DNA from: an uncultured Rhodospirillaceae bacterium
Lineage (GTDB): Bacteria > Pseudomonadota > Alphaproteobacteria > Dongiales > Dongiaceae
DNA length: 64,000 nucleotides
Direction of reading: 5' to 3'
NCBI GenBank assembly: GCA_964411425.1
Contig: CAYPKW010000002.1
Coordinates: forward strand, 45,512 to 109,511
Position 1 is the stretch's first letter; the number at the start of each line of letters is the position of its first letter. The notes under the pieces are model-generated. The model saw only the letters and a list, made by a program, of their open reading frames with translations, ran no database searches and was not told where the DNA came from. The position numbers were made by a program, and so were the translations under genes. Of this stretch, positions 24,685-34,655 are shown piece after piece.

Positions 24685-25008
24685 CTAATTGGTGACCCGG
24701 CCGCGCGGCACGTAGCGGCCGGCCTCGATGTGCGAGAACATCTGGCCGATGGCGGGATGCGATACCGGCTTGCCGCTGTCGTCGAGCAGCAGGTTTTGCT
24801 CGGATACATACGCGATGTAGGTCGTCTCGGCGTTTTCGGCCAGCAGGTGGTAGAACGGCTGGTCCTTGTGCGGCCGCATCGCCTCGGGGATCGACAGCCA
24901 CCACTCCTCGGTGTTGGCGAACACCGGGTCCACGTCGAAGATCACGCCGCGGAACGAGAACCGGCGGTGACGCACGATCTGGCCGAGGTGAAACTTAGCG
25001 TGGCGCAT
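24685..25008 (-). CDS. hspQ: heat-shock protein HspQ (YccV hemimethylated-DNA-binding family)
   Basis: MRHAKFHLGQIVRHRRFSFRGVIFDVDP...PFYHLL. Start at 25008. Confidence 0.8.
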   Translation of the reverse strand: MRHAKFHLGQIVRHRRFSFRGVIFDVDPVFANTEEWWLSIPEAMRPHKDQPFYHLLAENAETTYIAYVSEQNLLLDDSGKPVSHPAIGQMFSHIEAGRYVPRGRVTN

Positions 25009-25146
25009 GAGCCATGTCCTTCGGCGCCGGCTCGCCGCCGGCCACATGGTATTGTAGCACGGGCCGGCGGCCGGTCGATCCCGTCTCCCCTTCGCGCCGG
25101 CCCCCGCCATGGGTAGACTGCCGGGCGTATCCGACGAACGGGCCCC

Positions 25147-25623
25147 ATGTCGGCGCACGACTTCTCCTTCACCTCGATCGACGGCGAGCCGCTGCCGCTT
25201 CAGCGCTTCAAGGGGCGCCTGCTGCTGGTCGTCAACACCGCTTCCGAATGCGGCTTCACGTCGCAATACGCCGCGCTCGAGAGCCTGTGGCGGCAGTACC
25301 GCGCGCGCGGTCTTGCGGTGCTGGGCGTGCCCTCGAACGATTTCGGCGACCAGGAGCCGGGCGACGAAGCCGCGATCAAAAGGTTCTGCGCGACGTACTA
25401 CGCCATCGACTTCCCGCTGACCGATAAGCAGCGGGTGATCGGGGCGGACGCCCATCCGTTCTTTCGCTGGCTGGTCGATGAGCTCGGCGAAGCGGCGGCG
25501 CCGAAATGGAACTTCCACAAGTACCTGGTGGGGCCGGACGGCGAACTCGCCGGGTTGTGGCCGTCCAAGGTGGCGCCGCTCGATCGGCAGATCGTCGACG
25601 CCATCGAGGCGATGCTGCCTTGA
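25147..25623 (+). CDS. glutathione peroxidase (Cys type)
   Basis: VVNTASECGFT, LGVPSNDFGDQEPG and WNFHKYLV motifs. Confidence 0.9.
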   Translation: MSAHDFSFTSIDGEPLPLQRFKGRLLLVVNTASECGFTSQYAALESLWRQYRARGLAVLGVPSNDFGDQEPGDEAAIKRFCATYYAIDFPLTDKQRVIGADAHPFFRWLVDELGEAAAPKWNFHKYLVGPDGELAGLWPSKVAPLDRQIVDAIEAMLP

Positions 25624-26366
25624 CGCCGCCGGTGCGCGTTTACTGCCGGGTCGTCGAGATCGCGGAGGCGACGCACGATATCCGCATCGTTCGATTGGCG
25701 CCCGAGGGCGGCGAGCGGTTCCTGTTCCTTGCCGGCCAGTATGCGAGCGTCAGCTTCGCCGACCTGCCGGCGCGCGACTACTCCATGGCCAATCGCCCCG
25801 ACGAGGCCATGCTTGAATTCCACATCCGCCGGGTGCGCGAGGACGGCGCCAGCGGGTTCGCCACGCGCGGCCTCAAGCCCGGCGATCGAGTGACGATCGA
25901 GGGACCCTTCGGCAACGCTTGGCTGCGCCAGGACGCCGGCCCGATCCTCGCCGTGGCCGGCGGCTCGGGCCTGGCGCCGTTGAAGTCGATCGTGGAAACC
26001 GCACTCCATCTCGGCATGCGCCAGGACATCCGCCTCTACCTCGCGGCGCGGGACGAGCGGGACATCTACTTGGAGGACCATTTCGCCCGCTTGGTGCGCC
26101 GGCACCCCAATCTCCGCTTCGTGCCGGTGCTCCAGCACCCGGCGGCGGGCCGGCGCAGCGGCACGCCGGCCGAGGCGGTGGCCGAGGACATCCCCAATCT
26201 CCACGGTTTCCAGGCCTATCTGGCCGGACCGCCGCCGCTGGTCGAGGCCATGGCGCGCTCGCTCGGCGAGCGCGGCCTCAGGGACGCCGACATCCACGCC
26301 GACCCGTTCTACACCGTGGCGGAAAAGGCCGCGGCGCGCGCCGCCGGCCGGACGCTGCTCGGCTGA
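25620..26366 (+). CDS. ferredoxin-NADP reductase-like FAD/NAD(P)-binding oxidoreductase (no Fe-S domain)
   Basis: RDYSMAN (RxYS FAD motif) and GGSGLAP NAD(P) motif. The proposed TTG start at 25620 overlaps the gpx stop (TTGA). The start is uncertain. Confidence 0.7.
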   Translation: MTPPVRVYCRVVEIAEATHDIRIVRLAPEGGERFLFLAGQYASVSFADLPARDYSMANRPDEAMLEFHIRRVREDGASGFATRGLKPGDRVTIEGPFGNAWLRQDAGPILAVAGGSGLAPLKSIVETALHLGMRQDIRLYLAARDERDIYLEDHFARLVRRHPNLRFVPVLQHPAAGRRSGTPAEAVAEDIPNLHGFQAYLAGPPPLVEAMARSLGERGLRDADIHADPFYTVAEKAAARAAGRTLLG

Positions 26367-26382
26367 CGGCGCCAGCCGAGGT

Positions 26383-26838
26383 CTATCCGCGCGCCTTCTC
26401 CTCCCAGCGCCCGGCGGCGGTCTGCTGGTAATAGACGAGACGGTGGCCGGCCGCCTGGTAGTCCTGCCAGCGCCGACGGGCCGCCGCCACCGCCGCCCCG
26501 TCGTTGCCGTCGAACAGCTCGACGCAGATGGTGTAGCGATCGATCGTGTTCGAGGCGGCGCCGTCGGTGAGGAACAGCACCTCGGCCGCGTTCGGATTCT
26601 CGTCGACTTCGGAGAGCCAGATCGGCTGGTGGGCGGCGTGGCCGTCGCGGGCGTTGCCGTGCGGCACGAAGCCGCGCTCGTTGTAGGTCCAGAGATGCGC
26701 GGTCAGCGCCTCGACGCGCTCCGGCGAGCCGGCGAGCACGACCGCGCGCTGGCCGCGTTCCAGCGTGCGCTCCAGCATCCGCGGCAGCACCGATTCCAGC
26801 GCGCTGCGCTGCAGATGGTAGAAGCGCACCTCGGTCAT
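26383..26838 (-). CDS. holC: DNA polymerase III chi subunit
   Basis: MTEVRFYHL... and the position immediately downstream of pepA are typical for holC. Confidence 0.8.
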   Translation of the reverse strand: MTEVRFYHLQRSALESVLPRMLERTLERGQRAVVLAGSPERVEALTAHLWTYNERGFVPHGNARDGHAAHQPIWLSEVDENPNAAEVLFLTDGAASNTIDRYTICVELFDGNDGAAVAAARRRWQDYQAAGHRLVYYQQTAAGRWEEKARG

Positions 26839-26842
26839 GGGC

Positions 26843-28342
26843 TCACGGCGCCTCGTAGTTGTCGGCGACGAAGCGGTCGAGCAGGCGCACGCCGAAGGCG
26901 CTGGCGCCCTTGGGCACGGTCGGCAGGTCCTTGTCGGCCCAGGCCATGCCGGCGATGTCGAGGTGCGCCCACGGCGTGTCCTTGACGAAGCGCTTGAGGA
27001 AATGCGCCGCCGTGATGCTGCCGGCCCACCGATTGCCGACGTTCTTCACGTCGGCGATGTCGGAGTCGATCGCCTTCTCATAGGCATCGTCGAGCGGCAT
27101 GCGCCACAGCTTCTCGCCCACGGCCTTGCCGGCGCCGGCGAGCCGCCCGGCCAACTCGTCATCGGTGGCAAACAGCCCGGCGTACTCCTTGCCGAGCGCC
27201 ACGATGATCGCCCCGGTGAGTGTCGCCAGGTCGATCATCAGGCGGGGCTTGAAGCGGTCGCGGCAGTACCACAGCGCATCGGCCAGCACCAGGCGTCCTT
27301 CGGCGTCGGTGTTGATGACCTCGATGGTCTGGCCCGACATCGACGTGACGACGTCGCCCGGGCGCTGGGCCGTGCCCGACGGCATGTTCTCGACCAGGCC
27401 GATGACGCCCACGGCATTGACCCGAGCGTTGCGGGCGGCCAGCGCCCGCATCGTGCCGATGACGGCGGCCGAGCCGGCCATATCCCATTTCATCTCTTCC
27501 ATGCCGCTGGCCGGCTTGATGGAGATGCCCCCGGTATCGAAGGTGACGCCCTTGCCGACGAAGGCGATCGGTCGGCGGTCCTTGGCGTCCGGGTCGCCGC
27601 GCCACTGCATGACCACGAGCTGCGATTCCCGCTCGCTGCCCTGGCCGACGCCGAGCAGAGCGTTCATGCCGAGTTGCCGCATCTTCTTTTCGCCCAAGAC
27701 CTCCACCTCGACGCCGAGCTCGGCAAGCGTCTTGGCGTGCGCCGCCAGCGTCTCGGGGTGCATGACGTTGGCCGGCTCGGAGACGAGGTCGCGCGCGAAC
27801 GACACCGCCTCGGCCACCTTGTCGAGGCGCTGGAACGCGCCCCGCGCGGCCCCGGGGTCGGCGACGGCGATCGACAACCTCTTCAGGCTCGGCTTCTTGT
27901 CCGGCTTCTCGGTGGTGCGATATTTGTCGAATCTGTAGCTGCGCAGTAGCGCCCCATAGCCGATGTGCGCCGCAAGCTCGCTCGCGGGCAGCTTGGCCCC
28001 GGCGATCTCGTCGACAAGCACGACCGCGGCCGGCTCGCCGGTAGTGGCGAGATCGGCGTACATGCGCCCCCCGATCGCCTGCGCCGCGAGGGCGTCGAGA
28101 TTGGCCGCCTTGCCCATCCCCGCCAACATGACGCGCCCGATCCTGACGCCGGGCGGCACAAGCACGGACAGCGTTTGTTCGGACTTACCCCTGAACCGGC
28201 TGGCGGACATGGCGCGGCTCAAGGCGCCCCGACAGCGGCGATCGAGCGCGGCCGCGCTCGCCGTCAAGCGACGGTTGGCCAGCACGCCGACGACGACGGC
28301 GCCAGTTTTCGGCAGTTCCGGTTTGGCAAACGTGACCTTCAT
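26843..28342 (-). CDS. pepA: leucyl aminopeptidase (M17)
   Basis: VGKGVTFDTGG and NTDAEGRL motifs. Start at MKVTFAKPELP (28342). Confidence 0.9.
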   Translation of the reverse strand: MKVTFAKPELPKTGAVVVGVLANRRLTASAAALDRRCRGALSRAMSASRFRGKSEQTLSVLVPPGVRIGRVMLAGMGKAANLDALAAQAIGGRMYADLATTGEPAAVVLVDEIAGAKLPASELAAHIGYGALLRSYRFDKYRTTEKPDKKPSLKRLSIAVADPGAARGAFQRLDKVAEAVSFARDLVSEPANVMHPETLAAHAKTLAELGVEVEVLGEKKMRQLGMNALLGVGQGSERESQLVVMQWRGDPDAKDRRPIAFVGKGVTFDTGGISIKPASGMEEMKWDMAGSAAVIGTMRALAARNARVNAVGVIGLVENMPSGTAQRPGDVVTSMSGQTIEVINTDAEGRLVLADALWYCRDRFKPRLMIDLATLTGAIIVALGKEYAGLFATDDELAGRLAGAGKAVGEKLWRMPLDDAYEKAIDSDIADVKNVGNRWAGSITAAHFLKRFVKDTPWAHLDIAGMAWADKDLPTVPKGASAFGVRLLDRFVADNYEAP

Positions 28343-28565
28343 GGGCGCTCCTCCGATCGCAAGGCGCAAGGCGGCGACGGGACGCCGCCGCGGGCGCGCG
28401 AGCGCACCGCGGCGCAGATCTAGCACGCCGGCATGCCGCGATAAAGCCGCCAGCCAACGGCAATGCCCGCCTTTTCAAGTCGTTGCGCGGGACCCGATTT
28501 CCTGCTGTAGTCGCGAGGCATCTTGGGGTTAGGATGCAATCGCATCGGCGGCAGGGTTGGGGGCG

Positions 28566-30749
28566 ATGCGCGGCTGGTTTTGGGGCGGTGTCGTGGCGGT
28601 GGCGGTGCTGTGGGGGCAGCCCTCCGGCGGCGTGGAACTGCCGCGCGCCGAGGACCAGTTCCTGTTCAGCGCGGACGAGGTAACGCACGACAGCGACTTA
28701 GGCTTGACCGTCGCGTCCGGGCACGTCGTGGTCTGGCAGGGCGACTTCATCCTGTTCGCCGACACGCTCAGCTACAACGAGCGTAGCCGCGTCGTGGCGG
28801 CCTCGGGCAATGTCAGCTTGATCGAGCCAAGCGGCAACGTGCTGTTCGCCGACTACATGGAGCTGAGCGACAATCTGCGCGAGGGCGTCATCCGCGACGT
28901 GAAGTTGCTGCTGTCGGACCGATCGCGCGCCGCCGCGGCCGGCGGCAAACGCACCGGCGGCAATCGCACTGAGCTCGACCGCGTCGTCTACTCGCCTTGC
29001 GATCTATGCCCCGAGGATCCGACACACCCGCCGTTGTGGCAGATCAAGGCGGTCAAGGTGGTGCATGACCAGGAGAGGAAGATCATCGAGTACGAGGACG
29101 CCTGGCTGGAATTGTACGGCGTGCCGGTCTTCTATACGCCGTATTTCTGGCACGCCGATCCGTCGGTCAAGCGCAAGACCGGCTTCCTGGCGCCCTCCAT
29201 CAGCGTCTCGAACAATCTCGGCTTCGCGGTCCGCACGCCGTTCTACTGGAGCCTCGGCCCCGACCGCGACGTCACGTTTCGGCCGCTGTTCTCGACCGGC
29301 GCAGGGGTGGTGTTCGACGCCGAGTACCGCCAGCGCATGGTCGATGGCAAGCTCGCGCTGCGCGGCAGCGCCACGGTCGGCGACCGCACCCAGGAGGAGG
29401 GCGGCGTCGAGGTGACGGATGAAAACGTGTTCCGCGGCCACTTGGCCGGCATGGGCCGTTTCGATGTCGACGAGCATTGGCGTTGGGGGTTCGACGTCAA
29501 TGCCGCGAGCGACAAGTCCTATATGAGACTGTTCAACCTGTCGGACGAGAGGACGCTGGTGAGCCGGCTCTACGCCGAGGGCTTCCACCGCCGCAACTAC
29601 GGCGCGGCGCAGGGGCTTCTCTTCCAGGGCCTGCGCGACGAGGACGAGTTCAAGGAAGGGCCGATCGTTTTCCCCAAGATCGACTACAATTTCGTCGGCG
29701 ATCCGGACGCGTACGGCGGCTATTATACCCTAGACGCCAACGTCATGGCGCTCCACCGCATCGACGGCCGGCAGAGCCGGCGAGCGTCGTTGGCGGTCGG
29801 CTGGACGCTGCCCTACACGGCGCCGGCGGGCGACATTTATACCTTCTCCGCGTCGCTGCGAGGCGATCTGTACAATTTCGAGGACGTCGATCCCAACTCG
29901 GACGACCCGGACCCGCCGACCGCCATGGCCGAAAGCGGCGTCACCGGGCGCATATTCCCGCAGATCGCCTTCGAATGGCGCTATCCGTTCGTCCGCCAGC
30001 ACGGCAGCAGTCAGGAGGTGCTGGAGCCGATCGCCGCGATCGTCGTATCGCCCAGCGGCTTGAACTCGGGCAAAATTCCGAACGAGGACAGCCTCGACGT
30101 GGAGTTCGATGACACCAACCTGTTCAGCACGAACCGCTTCGGCGGGCTCGACCGGGCGGACAGCGGACAACGCGTGTCCTACGGCCTCAAATGGAGTCTG
30201 TTCGGCGACATGGGCGGCCATACCAGCGTGTTCCTCGGCCAGAGCTACCAGTTCAACGACAACAACAAGTTCGCCGACGACACCGGGCTCGAAGGCAATC
30301 TCACGGACGTGGTCGGGCGCGTCGAGGTATCGCCCAGCAAGTACCTCGACCTGCTGTATCGCTTCCGTTTCGACATCGGGGACCTGCACGTGGGACGCAA
30401 CGAGATCAACCTGCACGCCGGTGTGCCGGCGCTCAATGCGGACCTGTCGTATTTCTTCCTGCGCGGCGACGCCGGCGCCGGCATGGAATTCGGCAATCGC
30501 GAGGAGGTTGCCGGGCGCCTGTCCTCGCAGCTCACCGATTATTGGTCGAGCTTCACGGCCGCGCGTTACGATCTGCGGCACGACCGCCTGCTGTCCGTCG
30601 GTCTGGGCCTCGCTTACGAGGACGAGTGTTTCGAGATCCGCGGCTTGGTGACCGAGTCCCGCTACCGCGACGAGGAGATCGACCCGGACACTCGATTCGA
30701 GCTCGAGATCGCATTCAAGAATCTCGGCGACATCGACGTCGGATTCTGA
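28566..30749 (+). CDS. lptD: LPS-assembly outer membrane protein LptD
   Basis: Signal peptide, an OstA-like N-terminal domain (ADEVTHDSDLGLTVASGHVVV), a large beta-barrel region and the conserved lptD-surA context. Confidence 0.85.
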   Translation: MRGWFWGGVVAVAVLWGQPSGGVELPRAEDQFLFSADEVTHDSDLGLTVASGHVVVWQGDFILFADTLSYNERSRVVAASGNVSLIEPSGNVLFADYMELSDNLREGVIRDVKLLLSDRSRAAAAGGKRTGGNRTELDRVVYSPCDLCPEDPTHPPLWQIKAVKVVHDQERKIIEYEDAWLELYGVPVFYTPYFWHADPSVKRKTGFLAPSISVSNNLGFAVRTPFYWSLGPDRDVTFRPLFSTGAGVVFDAEYRQRMVDGKLALRGSATVGDRTQEEGGVEVTDENVFRGHLAGMGRFDVDEHWRWGFDVNAASDKSYMRLFNLSDERTLVSRLYAEGFHRRNYGAAQGLLFQGLRDEDEFKEGPIVFPKIDYNFVGDPDAYGGYYTLDANVMALHRIDGRQSRRASLAVGWTLPYTAPAGDIYTFSASLRGDLYNFEDVDPNSDDPDPPTAMAESGVTGRIFPQIAFEWRYPFVRQHGSSQEVLEPIAAIVVSPSGLNSGKIPNEDSLDVEFDDTNLFSTNRFGGLDRADSGQRVSYGLKWSLFGDMGGHTSVFLGQSYQFNDNNKFADDTGLEGNLTDVVGRVEVSPSKYLDLLYRFRFDIGDLHVGRNEINLHAGVPALNADLSYFFLRGDAGAGMEFGNREEVAGRLSSQLTDYWSSFTAARYDLRHDRLLSVGLGLAYEDECFEIRGLVTESRYRDEEIDPDTRFELEIAFKNLGDIDVGF

Positions 30750-30857
30750 CGCCGCAAGGGCGGCGGCGCGGTCTATCGCATCAGCCGCGTCATCGGCGAT
30801 TGCCGCCAGCGGCCGCGTTCCATATATTGTGCCGCTCCTTCTCTGGTACCGACACCC

Positions 30858-32120
30858 ATGCCTGCAATACCGAAGCTCTTGCGTCTGGTGGCGTTCGCCC
30901 TGGCAGTGACCGCCGCGGCGCCGGTCGAAGGCCAGGACCAATTGGGCGTCGCCGCCGTGGTGAACGATGACGTCGTCACCGTGCTCGATCTGGTAAGCCG
31001 CATGCGCCTGGTCATGTTGGCCTCGCAAACACCGGACACGCCCGAGGCGCGCGAACGGCTGGTGCCGCAGGTCCTGCGCGCGCTGATCGACGATCGCTTG
31101 AAACTGCAAGAGGCGAAACGGCTCGGCATTGCCGTCGGCGAGGACGACATCGACAACCGTCTGGATCAGATAGCGAAGCAGGCCGGCACGTCGGCCGACC
31201 AGTTCGTCGCGGGGCTAACGGACCGCGGCATACCTGCCGAGACGCTGCGCGCACAGTTGCAGGCCGACATCGCTTGGGTGCGCGCGGTGCGTCGGGCGCT
31301 TCAGCCGCGGATCACCGTCACCGAGGAACTTGTCGACGAGACCGTGGCGCAAATCGAGAGCGAGCGGAGCGAGCCGGCCTATCTCGTTTCGGAAATCTTT
31401 CTCGCGGTCGACGACGTCGATGCGGAGGACGAGGTCCGTCAGGCCGCCGAGCGCCTGGTCGTCCAGCTTCGCGGCGGTGCGGACTTCGCCGCCGTGGCGC
31501 GACAGTTCTCGGAGGCCTCCAGCGCCGCCGCCGGGGGCGACCTCGGCTGGGTAAGTGCGAGCCAGCTCGATCCCCCGCTCGCCCAGGCGGTGCAAGCCTT
31601 GGCGCCCGGTCTCGTCAGCGACCCCGTTCGCGACATCGGCGGTTATAGCATTCTCGCGCTGCGCGATCGGCGGGACAGCCGCGGCGAGGACGATACCAGG
31701 GCGACGCTGGCCCAGGTCTTCTTTCCGCTGGCGGACGACGCCGGCGCCGAACAGGCTGAGCAGGCGCGCGCCGAAGCGCGCGCGGCCACCAAGGACTTGG
31801 CCAGTTGCGAGGAGATGGCCGATCTTGCGCAAAGGGTGAGCCCGCCCGACACGCAAACGATGCTGCGGGACGTTCCTCTCTCCGAAATGCCACCCGACTT
31901 GCGCGCCATTGCCGTCGACGCGCCGGTCGGCGAGGCAGTCGATCCGATGCGCATCACGGGCGGGCACACCGTGCTCATGGTGTGCGACCGCAGCGGCACC
32001 GGCGGCCTGCCGAGCCGCAGCGACGTGCGTGAGCGGCTTGGACGCGACCGGCTCGAGGTGCTGGCCCGCGGCTACCTGCGCGACCTGCGGCGCTCCGCCA
32101 TCGTCGACATCCGGCTATGA
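30858..32120 (+). CDS. surA: periplasmic chaperone / peptidyl-prolyl isomerase SurA
   Basis: Signal peptide, SurA N-domain and a parvulin-like region. It lies downstream of lptD. Confidence 0.8.
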   Translation: MPAIPKLLRLVAFALAVTAAAPVEGQDQLGVAAVVNDDVVTVLDLVSRMRLVMLASQTPDTPEARERLVPQVLRALIDDRLKLQEAKRLGIAVGEDDIDNRLDQIAKQAGTSADQFVAGLTDRGIPAETLRAQLQADIAWVRAVRRALQPRITVTEELVDETVAQIESERSEPAYLVSEIFLAVDDVDAEDEVRQAAERLVVQLRGGADFAAVARQFSEASSAAAGGDLGWVSASQLDPPLAQAVQALAPGLVSDPVRDIGGYSILALRDRRDSRGEDDTRATLAQVFFPLADDAGAEQAEQARAEARAATKDLASCEEMADLAQRVSPPDTQTMLRDVPLSEMPPDLRAIAVDAPVGEAVDPMRITGGHTVLMVCDRSGTGGLPSRSDVRERLGRDRLEVLARGYLRDLRRSAIVDIRL

Positions 32121-32977
32121 CCGGCGCGCTCACCGCCAGCGCAACCGAAGCGCTGCCGCCGCTAGGCGAGGTCATCGCCCGTTACGGTCTCGGCGCCCGG
32201 CGATCGCTGGGCCAGCACTTCCTGCTCGACCGCAACCTGACGGCGCGCATCGCGCGGGCCGCGGGCGACCTATCTTGCGCCACGGTCATCGAAGTGGGCC
32301 CGGGGCCGGGCGGCCTCACCCGCGCGCTGCTGCAGGCAGGAGCCCGACGCGTCGTCGCCATCGAGCGCGACCGGCGCTGCGCCGGTGCGCTCGCCGAACT
32401 GGCGGGTGCGTACCCGGGGCGCTTTGAGATTGTCATCGCCGACGCCCTCCGGGTCGACGTTGCCGGTCTTGGTCCGCCGCCGCTGAAGATCGTCGCCAAC
32501 TTGCCGTACAACGTGGGCACGGAGCTGCTGCTGCGCTGGTTGGCGCGGGTCGAGGCGTTCGAGAGCCTGACGCTGATGTTCCAGAAGGAGGTCGCGCTGC
32601 GACTCGTGGCCGGGCCGCGCAGCAAGGACTATGGGCGGCTGTCCATATTGACCCAGTGGTTGACCGAGGCGCGCCGGCTGTTCGATATCGCGCCGCGGGC
32701 CTTCACGCCGCCGCCCAAGGTGACGTCCACGCTGGTGCGGTTGGTTCCCCGGCGCCAAGTCCTTTACCCGGCGGACCGCGCCGCCCTGGAGCGGGTCACC
32801 GCCGCCGCATTCGGACAGCGGCGCAAGATGCTGCGCCAAAGTTTGCGCAGCCTGGGCGGCGATCCGCTCGCCCTTTTGGCCGATGCCGAGATTGCCGAGA
32901 CGGCGCGGGCCGAGGAGTTGACGGTGGCGCAGTTCTGCGCGCTCGCCCGCGCGTTCAAGCGGCGCGACGACAGTTAG
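32117..32977 (+). CDS. rsmA: 16S rRNA (adenine1518/1519-N6) dimethyltransferase
   Basis: [18 protein letters not shown] and NLPYNV motifs. ATGA overlap with surA. Confidence 0.9.
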   Translation: MTGALTASATEALPPLGEVIARYGLGARRSLGQHFLLDRNLTARIARAAGDLSCATVIEVGPGPGGLTRALLQAGARRVVAIERDRRCAGALAELAGAYPGRFEIVIADALRVDVAGLGPPPLKIVANLPYNVGTELLLRWLARVEAFESLTLMFQKEVALRLVAGPRSKDYGRLSILTQWLTEARRLFDIAPRAFTPPPKVTSTLVRLVPRRQVLYPADRAALERVTAAAFGQRRKMLRQSLRSLGGDPLALLADAEIAETARAEELTVAQFCALARAFKRRDDS

Positions 32978-32989
32978 CCCGTATCCCGG

Positions 32990-33652
32990 TCAGTTGGAAC
33001 CGGCGCGCAAGCACGAAACGAACTCATGCAGCCCGACCTGCCGCTGGCGGCGCAAGCGCTCGGCGGCGACGATCGCCTGCACTTGGCGCACGCTGTCCTC
33101 GAGATCGCGGTTGACGACGATGTAGTCGTACTCGGCCCAGTGGCTCATCTCGTCGGCCGCCTTGATCATGCGCCGTGCCACCTCGGCGGCGCTGTCCTGG
33201 GCGCGCGTCCGCAGCCGCCGCTCGAGCTCGACCGTGGAGGGCGGCAGCACGAAGACGCTCACCAAGTCGTCGCGTGCCGCCTCGACAAGCTGCTGGGTGC
33301 CCTGCCAGTCGATATCGAACATGACGTCGCGCCCGGCCGCGAGCGCCGCATCGACCGGTGCGCGAGGCGTGCCGTAGGCGTGGCCGAACACGAGGGCGTG
33401 CTCCAGGAAGTCGCCGCGCCGGGCGCGCCGGTCGAACTCCGCCTGGTCGATGAAGTGGTAGTCGCGGCCGGCCACCTCGCCGCGGCGTTGCGGGCGGGTG
33501 GTGGCCGAGACCGACATTTCGAATTTGCCGTCCAACTCGATCAGGCGGCGCGAGATGCTGGTCTTGCCGGCGCCCGAGGGCGACGACAGCACCAGCATCA
33601 GGCCGCGCCGCAGGATATTGCCGACGCCGTTGGCTACCGATTCATCTCCCAT
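32990..33652 (-). CDS. gmk: guanylate kinase
   Basis: P-loop SSPSGAGKTS, then YHFI...F and FDIDWQG. Confidence 0.9.
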   Translation of the reverse strand: MGDESVANGVGNILRRGLMLVLSSPSGAGKTSISRRLIELDGKFEMSVSATTRPQRRGEVAGRDYHFIDQAEFDRRARRGDFLEHALVFGHAYGTPRAPVDAALAAGRDVMFDIDWQGTQQLVEAARDDLVSVFVLPPSTVELERRLRTRAQDSAAEVARRMIKAADEMSHWAEYDYIVVNRDLEDSVRQVQAIVAAERLRRQRQVGLHEFVSCLRAGSN

Positions 33653-33658
33653 GTCCCG

Positions 33659-34558
33659 CTACTCGATGTTCTGCACTTGCTCGCGCAACTGTTCGATGGC
33701 CGCCTTGAGCCCGAGCCCGAGCGAAGTCAACTCCACGTCCGCCGACTTGCTGCACAGCGTGTTCGCCTCGCGGTTGAGCTCCTGGCACAGAAAGTCGAGC
33801 TTGCGGCCGGCGGGGCCGCCGCCTTCGATCAATGCGAGGGCCGCCGCGCCGTGGGCGGCAAGCCGGTCGAGCTCCTCGCGAATGTCGCCCCTGGCAACGA
33901 CCAGCGCGGCCTCCTGCGCCAAACGCTCCTCCGAGAGCGCCGGCAGCCCTTCGAGGAGGACTTGAAGCTGGCTCTTGAGGCGCAGCTTCAGCGCCTCGGG
34001 CAGCGCCGCCGCCGTCGCCGCCGCGGCGGCGCGGAGAAGCGCGATCTCTTCGAGCTGGCCCTGGGCGAGCGCCACCAAGCGCGCGCCCTCGTGTCGGCGC
34101 ATGGCAGCCAACTGGTCGAGCGCGCGACCGAGGTCGCCCGCCATGCGTTCGCGGCGCTCGGCAGAAGCCGTCGGGTTCTCGTCCTCGGCGACCAGCTCGA
34201 CGACGCCCGGCACAATCAAGAGAGCGTCGAGATGCGGCGGCGCCGACGCCGGCAGACGATCGCGCAACTCGGTTACGACGCCGATGAGTTGATCGAGTGC
34301 CTCGCGGTTGACGCGCACGCGCGCGCCCGGCGCGCCGCGCGAGACGGTAAGCGCGACGTTGACGTGGCCGCGTCGGCACCGTTCGCCGACCGCCGCCCGA
34401 ATGACAGGCTCCAGCAAGTCCAGCCCCGCCGGCAGCCGGCAGCGCACCTCCAGATTGCGGCCGTTGACGCTTTTTACCTCCCAAACCCAATGGTCCCCAT
34501 CGGCGCCGCCCTCGACGCGCGCAAAGCCGGTCATGCTGGCGATGGGCATCTGGCTCAA
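33659..34558 (-). CDS. yicC: YicC-family stress-induced protein
   Basis: MTGFA..., SVNGRNLEV and KLDFLCQELNREANTLCSKS are typical YicC blocks. It is adjacent to gmk. Confidence 0.85.
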   Translation of the reverse strand: MSQMPIASMTGFARVEGGADGDHWVWEVKSVNGRNLEVRCRLPAGLDLLEPVIRAAVGERCRRGHVNVALTVSRGAPGARVRVNREALDQLIGVVTELRDRLPASAPPHLDALLIVPGVVELVAEDENPTASAERRERMAGDLGRALDQLAAMRRHEGARLVALAQGQLEEIALLRAAAAATAAALPEALKLRLKSQLQVLLEGLPALSEERLAQEAALVVARGDIREELDRLAAHGAAALALIEGGGPAGRKLDFLCQELNREANTLCSKSADVELTSLGLGLKAAIEQLREQVQNIE

Positions 34559-34655
34559 GGAATCGCTCGGCAGGCTGTGGTCGGATGGGCGCGGGCCACC
34601 TTATACTTCGCCCGCCGGCCTGCAAAGGCGCCGCCAAGGCCATGGGGGAGACCAG

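Noticed and set aside
25147-25623. Possible selenocysteine in glutathione peroxidase
   Set aside because: The active-site position is an ordinary Cys codon (NTASECGFT) and there is no in-frame TGA. This is a Cys-type Gpx.
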